From: an uncultured bacterium
GTDB lineage: Bacteria > JAGRBM01 > JAHCIT01
Reading direction: 5' to 3'
DNA: 64,000 bases
Assembly: GCA_964565925.1 (NCBI GenBank)
Contig: CAZMGV010000008.1
Span: forward strand, 2,664-66,663
Shown: piece by piece, positions 37,597 through 47,704 of the stretch
Numbering within the stretch: position 1 is the first letter of the stretch
Layout: every line of letters begins with the position of its first letter
Program-made: the position numbers and the translations under genes
The notes under the pieces: model-generated
The model's input: only the letters and a program-made list of their open reading frames with translations
The model's database searches: none
What the model was told of the DNA's origin: nothing

Positions 37597-38472
37597 ATGA
37601 TCGACCTGCACATGCACTCGACCGCGTCCGACGGAACCCTTGCCCCAAGGGAGGTGGTGAACCGCGCCTATCAGTCGGGCGTGAGAACCCTGGCGCTTAC
37701 CGACCACGACACGTTCGACGGGTTCCGGGAGGCGCAGGCCGAAGCGTCGCGGCTGGGCATGGAGATCATCCCCGCAGCCGAAGTGACCACCACCCTCACC
37801 GGCCGGACCTGCCATATACTCGCCTATTTCAAAGACCTCGATCAGGCGGCGGAGACCGCCCGCTGGCTCTCCCAGTGCCGGGTGGCCCGGGACGAGCGGC
37901 TGGAGGAAACCTGCCTGCGGCTGCGCAAGCTGGGTATCGAGATCGAGGCCGCCGAGGTCCGCAAGGTCGCCGGACGCGCTGCCGTACACCGGCCGCATGT
38001 GGCCCGCGCCCTGTTCCGGAAGGGCGTCACGAAATCCGTCGAAGAAGGGTTCCGCCGGTTCCTGAAAGACGGCGGCCCGGCCCATGTGAAGTTCGAATCG
38101 ATCGACGCCCGGGCGGCGATCTGGCGGCTGCGCGAAGAAGGCGCCTACACAAGCCTCGCCCACGCGACCGTCGACCGGTTCGGCGAACCGCACATCCGGA
38201 TGGTGGCCGAACAGGGGCTCGATGCCGTCGAGGTCTACCATTCCGAACACGGCCCCTCCGACCGGCGAGCGCTGATAGCCATTTGCGACCGGTTCGATCT
38301 CGAAACCACCGGAGGGAGCGATTTCCACGGGGATGCGAAGTGCCGGTTCTACCAGGAGTCGTCCGAGGAGCGGGGCGTACCCCTTGCCGTCCGGGACACC
38401 CTGTTCGAAGGTATCCGCCGCGCCCGGGAACTGGCGCCGGAAGTCAGGAAACAGCACGGGAACCAGTTATGA
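37597..38472 (+). CDS. PHP-domain metal-dependent phosphoesterase
   Basis: MIDLHMHSTASDG PHP motif I and downstream His motifs. Confidence 0.8.
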   Translation: MIDLHMHSTASDGTLAPREVVNRAYQSGVRTLALTDHDTFDGFREAQAEASRLGMEIIPAAEVTTTLTGRTCHILAYFKDLDQAAETARWLSQCRVARDERLEETCLRLRKLGIEIEAAEVRKVAGRAAVHRPHVARALFRKGVTKSVEEGFRRFLKDGGPAHVKFESIDARAAIWRLREEGAYTSLAHATVDRFGEPHIRMVAEQGLDAVEVYHSEHGPSDRRALIAICDRFDLETTGGSDFHGDAKCRFYQESSEERGVPLAVRDTLFEGIRRARELAPEVRKQHGNQL

Positions 38473-39191
38473 CCGCTGAACAGGAAAACGACCAGGACGA
38501 CAAGGACATCATCATCCGGCAGCTCGTGAACGGGCCGTTCCAGGAAAACTGCTGGCTGGTCGGCGATCCGGTCACCCGCAAATGCACGCTGATCGACCCT
38601 GGCAGTTCCGCCGAAGGCATCCTCGGGATCATCGAACAGCTGGGCCTCAAGCTCGACAAGATCACCAACACCCACGGCCACATGGACCACGCGGGCGCCG
38701 TCGCGCCGATCAAGCGCATTACCGGCGTCGAGTTCTGGATCCACGAAGGGGAGATGATGAACCTCCTTTCGATGCCCAAGTGGGGCCCCCTGATGGGCAT
38801 GGGGAATCTGGAAGTCCCCAAGGTCGACCACGCGATCCACGACGGCGACGTGATCGAGGTGGGCGAACTGAGACTCCACTCGCTCTTTACCCCCGGCCAT
38901 ACGGCTGGCGGCATCAGTTTTCTGGTGAACGACAGGCACCTGTTCGTGGGCGACACGGTCTTTCAGGGATCGATCGGCCGCACCGACCTGCCCGGTGGCA
39001 ACTACGACACCATCATCAAGTCGATCCAGACGAAAATCCTGCCGCTCTCTGACGATGTCTCCATCTATTCGGGGCATGGCCCGGTGACGACGCTCGGCCA
39101 TGAGCGCCGCCGAAACCCCTTCATTCTCAAGCCCGAAATGTTCCGCGACGAGATGATGGGCGGAGGCAACCAGGGCGGCATGATGGGGTGA
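38469..39191 (+). CDS. MBL-fold metallo-hydrolase (glyoxalase II-like)
   Basis: THGHMDHAG motif; ATG at 38469 overlapping PHP stop (ATGA). Confidence 0.75.
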   Translation: MTAEQENDQDDKDIIIRQLVNGPFQENCWLVGDPVTRKCTLIDPGSSAEGILGIIEQLGLKLDKITNTHGHMDHAGAVAPIKRITGVEFWIHEGEMMNLLSMPKWGPLMGMGNLEVPKVDHAIHDGDVIEVGELRLHSLFTPGHTAGGISFLVNDRHLFVGDTVFQGSIGRTDLPGGNYDTIIKSIQTKILPLSDDVSIYSGHGPVTTLGHERRRNPFILKPEMFRDEMMGGGNQGGMMG

Positions 39192-39291
39192 GGGAAAGTC
39201 CGTCTGTGGCCCACGTCACATTATATTTACAGTGAAACACCGAAAATCGCCATGAACCGGTGCAGTCCCAACCGGTTTAAAGGAGTTCCAT

Positions 39292-40002
39292 TTGTGTATT
39301 CCCCGGCTTTCACTCTTCATTATTCTGGCTTTTTTGACGGCGTCTCCGGCGTTCGCTCAAGATACACCCACACCGGCGACTGAGGAGAAGAACCCTCCGG
39401 AAGCCCCGAAAACTGAGCCCGCCTCTTCGTCGGCTCCCGCTCCAGTCCCGCAATCTACCCAGCCGCCCACCGACAGGACGTTCCGGCTTTTCAGGGAAAC
39501 CCCCTATAATTGGACATTGAGCTTCGGCGGCAGCGGATTCTCCACGAGCCCCAAGAAACCGAATCCAGATATAGACATGGGACAGTTCTTCATCGCGTTC
39601 GGACCGTCGACGAGATTCGCGGAAGCGGATGTCGAACTCGGAATCGGCGACGCGAGCCCAAACTATTCCGGCTTCGTCAGCCTCGGACTACGGGGCCGCC
39701 TCTATCCGATCAGCCGCCCCCAGCTCGGACAGTTCACGATCTCGCCGTACCTGGCGGGAGGCCTTTCGGCGGGCATGGAGCTAGGCGAAGTGGACGGCAC
39801 CGGCAAGCCCGAATCTGTCCTGTACGGCGATGTATGCATAGGCATTGAATCGGGGTTCAAGGCAGACGAATACCAGGGTGTGCTGTTTTTTGAAATCGGC
39901 GCCGCTGGCGTGAACGGCGGTGGCAACGACCTTCCTCCAAATCTCCGGGGAACCGACGCCGCCCGCATCGGGCGCGGCGGACTCAGGATCAGGTTACCCT
40001 GA
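39292..40002 (+). CDS. secreted hypothetical protein (possible small beta-barrel/outer-membrane protein)
   Basis: Signal peptide ending AFAQ; Gly/aromatic-rich alternating pattern. Confidence 0.45.
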   Translation: MCIPRLSLFIILAFLTASPAFAQDTPTPATEEKNPPEAPKTEPASSSAPAPVPQSTQPPTDRTFRLFRETPYNWTLSFGGSGFSTSPKKPNPDIDMGQFFIAFGPSTRFAEADVELGIGDASPNYSGFVSLGLRGRLYPISRPQLGQFTISPYLAGGLSAGMELGEVDGTGKPESVLYGDVCIGIESGFKADEYQGVLFFEIGAAGVNGGGNDLPPNLRGTDAARIGRGGLRIRLP

Positions 40003-40011
40003 GACTGATCG

Positions 40012-40818
40012 TCAGGCCGGTTTTTTCCGCTCCAGGAATGCGCGCATCCGGTCGGTCGGTTCGGAGGTCCTGAACGCACCGCCGAACGACCGGATCCCGG
40101 CCTCGACGGCCTTTTTCAGGGGCAGTTTTTCCCACTGGCGGATCAGCGCCTTCTGGTCGCGGATCGCCTGCGGGCCGCAATCGAGGATTTCGCCCACAAG
40201 TTGCTCCGTTTCGATCTCTATTCCGCCGCTGCCGGCCAGCCGGTCCACCAGTCCCCACGCGTGCGCCGTCACGGCGTCGATCATCCGGCCCGTGTAGAGC
40301 AGGTCCCTTGTCCGGCCCCAGCCGATGAGCGACGGCAGCAGCGCCGCCTCGATCACGGACGGGATGCCGACCTTCACCTCCGGCATGGAAAACCGGGCGG
40401 TTTCGTCCGCCACGCGGAGATCGCAGGAAGCCGCGACCTCGAGGCCCGCACCGATGCAGTAACCCGAAATCCGGGCGACGACCGGGACCGGAAATGTCCG
40501 CAGTGAATCGCAGAGCCGGTGGAGGCCGGTGATAAAGACACGGGCCGAGGCAGTCTTCAGCTTCGACATATCGCGGATGTCCGCGCCGCCGATAAACGCC
40601 CGGTGCCCCTCGCCCGTCAGAACGAGCACCCGGATATCTTTCCGTCTGGACAGGATTTTTACGGCGGCAGTGAGGTCCCGCATCTGCCCGCCCGAGAGGA
40701 TATTCAGCTTTTCCTCGTTACGGACGGTCAGCACGGCCACGCCCCGGCCGTCGGTCTGAACGTCAAATTTCGGCTCTGCCGCAACCGCAGCTGCAGCCTT
40801 CTGCGCTTTCTTTCTCAT
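40012..40818 (-). CDS. enoyl-CoA hydratase/isomerase (crotonase) family protein
   Basis: Crotonase fold motifs (…ISGYCIGAGLEVAASCDLR…). Confidence 0.8.
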   Translation of the reverse strand: MRKKAQKAAAAVAAEPKFDVQTDGRGVAVLTVRNEEKLNILSGGQMRDLTAAVKILSRRKDIRVLVLTGEGHRAFIGGADIRDMSKLKTASARVFITGLHRLCDSLRTFPVPVVARISGYCIGAGLEVAASCDLRVADETARFSMPEVKVGIPSVIEAALLPSLIGWGRTRDLLYTGRMIDAVTAHAWGLVDRLAGSGGIEIETEQLVGEILDCGPQAIRDQKALIRQWEKLPLKKAVEAGIRSFGGAFRTSEPTDRMRAFLERKKPA

Positions 40819-43385
40819 GCCTTGGCGGTCTCCAGTCTGAGCAGTATGGCGAGTTTAGACGCGAGTTCGGTCACGTTATAAGGTTTCGCAAGGAAGCCGT
40901 CGATATGGGGCGGCAGATTGTTGCCGTCCTGCAGGCTTCCGGCATAACCGGAGGTGAGCAGCGTCCGGATCCGGGGGTAGCGCTTGCGGACTTCGGCGCA
41001 AAGGGCTTCGCCGTCCATCCCCGGCATCAGCATATCCGTATACAGCAGGGAGACTTCGTCCGCCCGCGTGCCCAGCAGCATCAGCGCATGCTCTCCCCCC
41101 GACGCCTCGATCACCTCGTAACCCAGCCGCCTGAGCAGACGGCCGCTGATATTGCGGACCCTCGGATCGTCTTCCACCACGAGTATCAGCTGCCCGCTTC
41201 CCCGGGCTCCGTCCAGAACCCGGGCCGTATCGCGCGGGATTTCATCGGTCGCCGGGAAATACAGACGGACGGTGGTACCTCGCCCGGATTCGCTCTCGAT
41301 CCCGATGGCGCCGTGGAGCGACTTCACGATACCGTAGACGACCGACAGGCCCAGCCCCGTGCCCTTACCCTTCTCCTTGGTCGTGTAGAAAGGCTCGAAC
41401 ACGTGCGCGAGGATCTCCTTGTCCATGCCCTGGCCCGTGTCCGCGACGGTCAGTTCGACGTAGCGGCCCGGCGTCAGTTCGGGCAGCGGAGGAGACACGC
41501 CCTCGAGGATCTCGATATTGTGCGCGCCCAGCGACAGCGTGCCGCCGATCCGCATGGCATCGGCGCTGTTGAGCGTCAGGTTCATGATCACCTGCTCGAT
41601 CTGTCCGGCGTTCGCCTTCACCGGCCAGATACCCTGCTCGAATCCGGTCGCGATCCGGATGTGCTCTCCGATCATCTTCCGCACCAGTCTGAGTGTGCGG
41701 GCGAGGAGGTCGTTCAGGTCGATCGGCCGTGTCTGGTCCACCTGGTGGCGGCTGAAGAGCAGAAGCTGCCGGGTCACGGCGGCAGCCTGCCTCGACGCCT
41801 CCACAATCTCGCTCACATCCCGGTACAGCTCCGTGTCGGGCATCGCCTCGCTCTGGATGATCTGTGCGTTTCCGTTGATCAGGGTGAGCAGGTTGTTGAA
41901 GTCATGCGCGACGCCTCCGGCCAGCCGCCCGACGGCTTCCATGCGCCTGGACTGCTCGAGCTGTTCTTCGAGTCTGCGGCGGTTGCTGACGTCGGCGAAG
42001 ATCACCAGATAACCGACCGGCTCCGTGCCGCGGTTAAGGATGCTGACCGTCATCTCGACCGGACAGAGACTGCCGTCCTTGCGCCTGAACTCCTCCGACA
42101 GCAGACCCTTGCCGGCGGATTGCGTCAGGATTCCTGACGGTGTTTCCTCGCCGCCGGACGGCGCCATTGCCATCCCGCACAGATCGGTTCCAGTCATTTC
42201 GCCCGGCTCATAGCCGAGTATCCGCCCGCTCGCGGAGTTGGCGAAAACCACTTTGCCGTCAGGATCGAGCCCGCAGATACCTTCGTTCGCCGACTCCATG
42301 ATGAGCCGGGTCTCGCCGCTCAGGCGTTCCAGCGATTCGGCCATCCGGTCCATCGCCCCGGCAAGCACGGCGATCTCGTCGCCGTCGCCGGCGATACCCG
42401 TGCGCTCGGAAAGCGCTCCACGGCCCATGCTCTCGGCCGAGTGGGCCAGCCGGTTGATCCGGCGGGCGATGAACCGGTCGCCCACGACCCAGGCGACCAG
42501 GATCGCCAGCACGGCGACGACGCTGATGCCGATCAGCCCCTGCCGGTAAAATGAGTTGATCGGACCATACACGTGCTCGGAGGGAATCCCGACAATGACA
42601 TCCAGTTTTTTCAGCTCTTCAGCATCGCCCAGCGGGCCGAACGCATAGATCCGGTTCACCCCGTCCAGACCTTTCGCCACTGCGGTCCCTTCCCGCTTCC
42701 CGCTCCGGACATGGGAGAGTTCCGAATCCTTCACCGATTTGCCGACCCATCCGTCCAGTTTCGGATACCGGGCCAGCATGAGGCCGTCCTGATCGAGCAC
42801 GGTGAAACTCGATCCCTCGGGCAACCCTGCCGTCGCAACCCATTCGCCGAATTTCTCGAGATCCAGAGCGACATAGAGGACCGGCGGTTTTCCGCCCGAT
42901 TCCGCCGAAAGCGGAATGCCCATGTTCAGGGACGACTTTCCGGTCACCCGTCCGATCATGAAACCGCCGACCGAGAATGCCCCGGTCTCTTGCGCCTTGC
43001 GGATATACAGGCGGTCGGAGAGGTCCAGATCCATCTGGTACGGCAGCGCGCTGCAGAACAGTTTCCCTGATCCGTCAACGACCCCGATATTCGCATAATC
43101 AATGTTGGACTCGAGCAGGCGGCCCAGCAGCTTGTTACACTTGCCGATATGATCCCGGTCGAGAATCGGGACGACGGCGAGGCCTTCCAGAAACCCCCGG
43201 GCGTTTTCGATCTTGCGCTCGGCCTGATGGCCGACGGTCACCACCGTTTCCAGGGCCCGGTGTTCGGCCTCCTGCCGGAGGAGCCTGCGGTATTCCTGTG
43301 CGCCTAAAATGAAAAACAGAAACGCCGGCGCCACCGCGAGGACGGCGATGAAGACCAGCTGGCTCCGGATGGACGGTTTGAACAC
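40815..43385 (-). CDS. hybrid sensor histidine kinase with periplasmic Cache-like domain, HAMP, PAS, HisKA, HATPase_c and receiver
   Basis: TM1, ~280-aa periplasmic region, TM2, HDFNNLLT H-box, GTGLGLS G-box, C-terminal REC (ILVVEDDPRV). Confidence 0.85.
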   Translation of the reverse strand: MFKPSIRSQLVFIAVLAVAPAFLFFILGAQEYRRLLRQEAEHRALETVVTVGHQAERKIENARGFLEGLAVVPILDRDHIGKCNKLLGRLLESNIDYANIGVVDGSGKLFCSALPYQMDLDLSDRLYIRKAQETGAFSVGGFMIGRVTGKSSLNMGIPLSAESGGKPPVLYVALDLEKFGEWVATAGLPEGSSFTVLDQDGLMLARYPKLDGWVGKSVKDSELSHVRSGKREGTAVAKGLDGVNRIYAFGPLGDAEELKKLDVIVGIPSEHVYGPINSFYRQGLIGISVVAVLAILVAWVVGDRFIARRINRLAHSAESMGRGALSERTGIAGDGDEIAVLAGAMDRMAESLERLSGETRLIMESANEGICGLDPDGKVVFANSASGRILGYEPGEMTGTDLCGMAMAPSGGEETPSGILTQSAGKGLLSEEFRRKDGSLCPVEMTVSILNRGTEPVGYLVIFADVSNRRRLEEQLEQSRRMEAVGRLAGGVAHDFNNLLTLINGNAQIIQSEAMPDTELYRDVSEIVEASRQAAAVTRQLLLFSRHQVDQTRPIDLNDLLARTLRLVRKMIGEHIRIATGFEQGIWPVKANAGQIEQVIMNLTLNSADAMRIGGTLSLGAHNIEILEGVSPPLPELTPGRYVELTVADTGQGMDKEILAHVFEPFYTTKEKGKGTGLGLSVVYGIVKSLHGAIGIESESGRGTTVRLYFPATDEIPRDTARVLDGARGSGQLILVVEDDPRVRNISGRLLRRLGYEVIEASGGEHALMLLGTRADEVSLLYTDMLMPGMDGEALCAEVRKRYPRIRTLLTSGYAGSLQDGNNLPPHIDGFLAKPYNVTELASKLAILLRLETAKA

Positions 43386-43498
43386 GCCGCCGCCTTTTTG
43401 AGGAAACCGTTAACTGACGCTGCTATGCTTGTCCGGTAACTTATTACCCAGCGGATGCGGTTGCAATGAACCAGCACGCCCCCCGGAAGGACTGTTCC

Positions 43499-44263
43499 AT
43501 GAGTGTCAGAGTTGAGATCTCCGGCCCCGTCTACACTGTCATTATCGACCGGCCCGAAGCCCGCAACGCCGTCGACAAACCCACGGCCGAGGCGCTCGCA
43601 AGGGCGTTCCGGGAATTCGATGCCGGTGAAAACTACCGCGTGGCGGTGCTCTGGGGCGCTAACGGGACCTTCTGCGCGGGCGCCGACCTCAAGGCGATCG
43701 GTTCGGACCGTAATAACCGCACTTCGCCTGACGGGGACGGCCCGATGGGCCCCTCCCGGATGACGCTCTCCAAGCCGGTCATTGCCGCCGTGAGCGGGTT
43801 CGCAGTCGCCGGCGGAATCGAGCTGGCTGCCTGGTGCGACCTGCGGGTCGCCGAAGAAGACGCGACGTTCGGCGTCTTCTGCCGCCGCTGGGGTGTTCCG
43901 CTGATCGACGGTGGCACGGTGCGGCTCCCCCGCCTGATCGGCCTCTCACGGGCGATGGACATGATCCTGACGGGAAGACCGGTCGGCGCCAGAGAAGCGT
44001 TCGAGATCGGCCTCGCCAACCGGATCGTCCCCAAGGGCAAGGCCCGCGAAGAGGCGGAAAAACTGGCTCTGGAAATATCGGCGTTCCCGCAGGTCTGCAT
44101 GCGGCAGGACCGCCTGAGCGCGATCGAACAGGAAAACCTGTCGGTGGACGCGGCGCTGAAAAACGAATTCGCCCGGGGCATACAGGCGATCGCCAGCCCG
44201 GAACTGCGGTCCGGCGTGGGCCGGTTCAAGTCAGGCGCCGGCCGGGGCGGCAAGTTCGAATAG
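43499..44263 (+). CDS. enoyl-CoA hydratase/isomerase (crotonase) family protein
   Basis: …AAVSGFAVAGGIELAAWCDLRVA… crotonase signature; start at MSVRVEIS. Confidence 0.8.
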   Translation: MSVRVEISGPVYTVIIDRPEARNAVDKPTAEALARAFREFDAGENYRVAVLWGANGTFCAGADLKAIGSDRNNRTSPDGDGPMGPSRMTLSKPVIAAVSGFAVAGGIELAAWCDLRVAEEDATFGVFCRRWGVPLIDGGTVRLPRLIGLSRAMDMILTGRPVGAREAFEIGLANRIVPKGKAREEAEKLALEISAFPQVCMRQDRLSAIEQENLSVDAALKNEFARGIQAIASPELRSGVGRFKSGAGRGGKFE

Positions 44264-44701
44264 GCGCTTCAGTTTCCGGGTAAGTTCCTGCCGGACTTTG
44301 TCCGGTACCGTATTGGCGTAAAAAATATCCGGCGGCTTGGGCCAGAACGGATCGCTGAACTCGGTCCCCTCGAACACCCTGGGACCCGAATATCTCGGTA
44401 TCACGTGCATGTGCACGTCCGGGTCCACCATCATGTACATGAGGTAGTTGATCTTCTCGTAGGCGAATGCCTCCTTGAGCGTCCGCTCGACGCCCGAGAC
44501 CGCCTGCTGGAGTTCCGCCGACGCGGCCGGCGAGATCGCCCCGAAACTTTTCACGTCTTCCTTGCAGACCAGCACCAGGCTGCCGAGGGTCACCTGGCCG
44601 GGCCGGAGCAGCACCAGCCAGTGCCCATATTCCCTCAAAAGCGAGCCGGGATAGCCGAATTTCGTTGAAGTAGGGTTCATAGACATCCTGACAGCCGTCA
44701 T
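44231..44701 (-). CDS. HIT-family (histidine triad) protein
   Basis: HMHVIP histidine-triad-like motif; ~150 aa. Confidence 0.5.
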   Translation of the reverse strand: MTAVRMSMNPTSTKFGYPGSLLREYGHWLVLLRPGQVTLGSLVLVCKEDVKSFGAISPAASAELQQAVSGVERTLKEAFAYEKINYLMYMMVDPDVHMHVIPRYSGPRVFEGTEFSDPFWPKPPDIFYANTVPDKVRQELTRKLKRLFELAAPAGA

Positions 44702-44775
44702 TGAACGGGGGGCTGGTTACCGGCGAATATAGACCATTGACAGCCACCGGGCCCCGTTTCTAAGGGAGTATTTTC

Positions 44776-46266
44776 ATGTTTGAAGCCGCCGAAGTCGGAA
44801 ACGAGATAGACAAGGCCTCCTACAAGAAGCAGGCGCCGGGAATCAGGAGCGCGCTGCTCGAAATCCAGCGCGAACTGGCGGCGTCAAACACCTCCGTGGT
44901 CATCATCGTGGGCGGCGTCGAAGGGGCCGGAAAGGGCGAAACCGTCAATCTGCTCATGGAATGGATGGATACCCGCGGTATCGAGGTCCATGCCATGTGG
45001 GGCACGACCGATGAAGAACGCGAACGCCCGAGCTTCTGGCGGTTCTGGCGCGTACTCCCGCCCAAGGGGAAAATCGGCATCCTGTTCGGCTCCTGGTACT
45101 CACAGCCGATCGTCCAGCGGACCTACAAGGAGATCTCGGAGATCGATTTCGACAACGACCTCCACAAGATCGTCCAGTTCGAACGCATGCTCGCCAACGA
45201 AGGGGTCGTGCTGATCAAGTTCTGGATGCATCTGGCCAAGGATGTCCAGAAAAAGCGGCTGAAGAAGCTCCAGAAGGATCCGGCCACCGCCTGGAAGGTC
45301 ACCGACCAGACCCTCAAGTTTTTCAAGAAATACGACCGCTTCCGTACCGTCTCCGAAGAGGCCTTGCGCCGCACGAGCATGGGGTTCGCCCCGTGGCACG
45401 TCGTCGAAGCCACCGACGACCGGTACCGCGAAATCACCGTCACAAAGACGGTGCTCGACACCATCCGGCGGTCCCTCGACGAGGCGAAGGCCGCCGCCGT
45501 CGAACGGAAAAAGAAGCTCACGCCCGACCTGCCCGAACCGACCGAGCACAACATCATCCGCCATCTGGACCTGACCCAGACCCTCACCAAGAGCGACTAC
45601 GAAAAACGGATGGACAAGTTCCGGCCCCGCCTGAACGAGCTGACCCGCAGGCTCCACAGCGCCAACCGGTCGCTCATTCTGGTCTTCGAAGGGCCCGACG
45701 CCGCCGGCAAGGGCGGCGCCATCCGGAAACTCACCGAAGCAATGGACGCCCGGTTCTATCAGGTGAAGTCGGTCGCGGCGCCGACCGACGAAGAACGGGC
45801 GCATCCGTATCTCTGGCGGTTCTGGCGGAACCTGCCGATGCACGGCCGAGTGACGATCTTCGACCGTTCCTGGTACGGCCGCGTGCTGGTGGAACGGGTC
45901 GAGGGGTTCGCCACAAAAGGCGAGTGGTCCCGCGCCTATGCCGAGATCAACGCCTTCGAGGAACAGATGGCCGAATTCGGCATCATCATCGTGAAGTTCT
46001 GGCTCGCGACGAGCCCGGACGAGCAGCTCCGGCGGTTCAAGGACCGCAAGGTGACCCCCTACAAGCAGTACAAACTCACAGAAGAGGACTGGCGCAACCG
46101 GAAAAAATGGAACGCCTACGAGGCCGTCGCCTGTGATATGATTGAGCGCACCAGCACCGAGATCGCCCCCTGGGTACTGGTGGAAGCCAACGACAAGCAG
46201 TGGGCCCGTGTAAAGGTAGTCTCCACCGTGTGCGAACATCTGGAGAAATCGCTCAAGAAGAAATGA
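44776..46266 (+). CDS. two-domain polyphosphate kinase 2 (polyphosphate:AMP/NMP phosphotransferase type)
   Basis: Two tandem PPK2 domains each with Walker A (GVEGAGKG; GPDAAGKG) and lid motifs; 496 aa. Confidence 0.85.
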   Translation: MFEAAEVGNEIDKASYKKQAPGIRSALLEIQRELAASNTSVVIIVGGVEGAGKGETVNLLMEWMDTRGIEVHAMWGTTDEERERPSFWRFWRVLPPKGKIGILFGSWYSQPIVQRTYKEISEIDFDNDLHKIVQFERMLANEGVVLIKFWMHLAKDVQKKRLKKLQKDPATAWKVTDQTLKFFKKYDRFRTVSEEALRRTSMGFAPWHVVEATDDRYREITVTKTVLDTIRRSLDEAKAAAVERKKKLTPDLPEPTEHNIIRHLDLTQTLTKSDYEKRMDKFRPRLNELTRRLHSANRSLILVFEGPDAAGKGGAIRKLTEAMDARFYQVKSVAAPTDEERAHPYLWRFWRNLPMHGRVTIFDRSWYGRVLVERVEGFATKGEWSRAYAEINAFEEQMAEFGIIIVKFWLATSPDEQLRRFKDRKVTPYKQYKLTEEDWRNRKKWNAYEAVACDMIERTSTEIAPWVLVEANDKQWARVKVVSTVCEHLEKSLKKK

Positions 46267-46276
46267 CCAGGAAGCT

Positions 46277-47263
46277 ATGACGGCAAAGCCCCTTTTTGCC
46301 GTAGATCACGGCGAACCGCTTATCTCCGGATGCGGTCTGTATCTGGACCCGAAAACGCCGAAGCCGCTCGCCTTCGTGTCGCACGGCCACGCCATGCGCG
46401 GCGGCCCCCATACGCGGTTCATCGCCACACCGGAAACCGTCGCCGTCTGCTCGGCCTTCGGGCCGGCGGGCAGGCACGAGGCGGTGCGGTTCGGTGAACC
46501 CTGCAAGCTCGGCCGCCAGACCGTCACGCTACACCCCTCGGGGCATATGCTGGGCTCTGCCATGCTGAAGGTCGAAAGCGCCTCCGGGTCGCTCCTCTAT
46601 ACCGGGGACTTCCGCCTGAGCCCCGCCCTTACCGCCGAGCATGCGGCCCCGCCAAAAGCCAGAACGCTTCTGATGGAAGGAACCTTCGCGGACCCTAAAT
46701 TCAAGTTCCCGTCCCGCGAGGATGCCGCCGACCAGCTGGTTGCGCTGGTCGAGAAACTGCTCCTGCAGGGGGCCACGCCGGTAATCCTCGCCTACTCCGC
46801 CGGAAAGGCGCAGGAGGTGATGGCGATACTGGCGCAGGAAGCGATCCCGGTCGCCGTTACGCCGGTCATCGACCGGGTCTCGGCCGTCTACCGGCTGCAC
46901 GGCAAGCAGCTCGGCAGCTATTCGCTGCTGGGAGAGAGCGTTCCCGAAGGGACCGTTATCGTGGCCCCGCCCCAGGCCCGTCATAGCCAGATATTCTCGA
47001 AGCTCAAGAAGGCCCGCTATATCGCCCTCACCGGCTGGGCCGTCGACCGGCGTTATGTCGCCAGGGTCCGGTGCGACCACGCCCTGCCTTTCTCCGACCA
47101 CGCGGGCCACGACGAACTGCTGAAGCTCATCCAGATGGTCTCCCCTGAAGAGGTTTTTCTGCTCAACGGCCCGCGCACGTTCCTGGCGGAGCTGCAGGCA
47201 CTGGGGCTCAAGGCGGCCATGATCTCGTCCAGCGAATCCAATCCGCTGTTTGCGACACGGTAG
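46277..47263 (+). CDS. MBL-fold/beta-CASP-like protein with degenerate metal-binding motif (ligase-associated exonuclease-like architecture)
   Basis: AFVSHGHAMRGG in place of canonical HxHxDH; size and layout of beta-CASP proteins; weak. Confidence 0.4.
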   Translation: MTAKPLFAVDHGEPLISGCGLYLDPKTPKPLAFVSHGHAMRGGPHTRFIATPETVAVCSAFGPAGRHEAVRFGEPCKLGRQTVTLHPSGHMLGSAMLKVESASGSLLYTGDFRLSPALTAEHAAPPKARTLLMEGTFADPKFKFPSREDAADQLVALVEKLLLQGATPVILAYSAGKAQEVMAILAQEAIPVAVTPVIDRVSAVYRLHGKQLGSYSLLGESVPEGTVIVAPPQARHSQIFSKLKKARYIALTGWAVDRRYVARVRCDHALPFSDHAGHDELLKLIQMVSPEEVFLLNGPRTFLAELQALGLKAAMISSSESNPLFATR

Positions 47264-47275
47264 TGCACCGGGCAA

Positions 47276-47704
47276 TCAGCCCGTGGCGTTCCGGACGTGT
47301 TCGATCCTGAACGTCCCGTCCGGCAGCGGTTCGATTCCGATCACATCGACCCGGGCCGGGACATTCTTGAGGTTGTGAATTTCCAGGTAATATTCGCCGA
47401 GCCGCGAGACCCGCTGAAGCTTGCGCGGCGTGACCGATTCGATTCCGCTGCCGTAATCGCCGCCGGACTTCGTCCGGACCTCCACGAAGACGACCGTTTC
47501 GCCGTCTCTCGCCACCACATCCACCTCGCCCGCCTTGCACCGCCAGTTACGCTCGACAATCAGGAAACCCCGTTTTTCGAGATATGCCACGGCGGCGTCC
47601 TCACCCGACTGGCCGGTACCGCGCCGGGGATCTTTGGCCCGGGAACCCTGCGGACCGGGGGCTTTCGGACGGGAGCCCCTGGGCGGCTGTTTGCCTGCGG
47701 TCAT
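47276..47704 (-). CDS. yraN: YraN family (UPF0102) endonuclease-like protein
   Basis: …AYLEKRGFLIVERNWRCKAGEVDVVA… YraN core; ATG at 47704 overlaps rnhB stop. Confidence 0.7.
   Translation of the reverse strand: MTAGKQPPRGSRPKAPGPQGSRAKDPRRGTGQSGEDAAVAYLEKRGFLIVERNWRCKAGEVDVVARDGETVVFVEVRTKSGGDYGSGIESVTPRKLQRVSRLGEYYLEIHNLKNVPARVDVIGIEPLPDGTFRIEHVRNATG

Noticed and set aside
40013-40030. gccggttttttcc as terminator of ORF 39292-40002
   Set aside because: The preceding stem is only about 4 bp, and the T-run lies inside the C-terminal codons of the convergent crotonase gene. It is not convincing as an intrinsic terminator.
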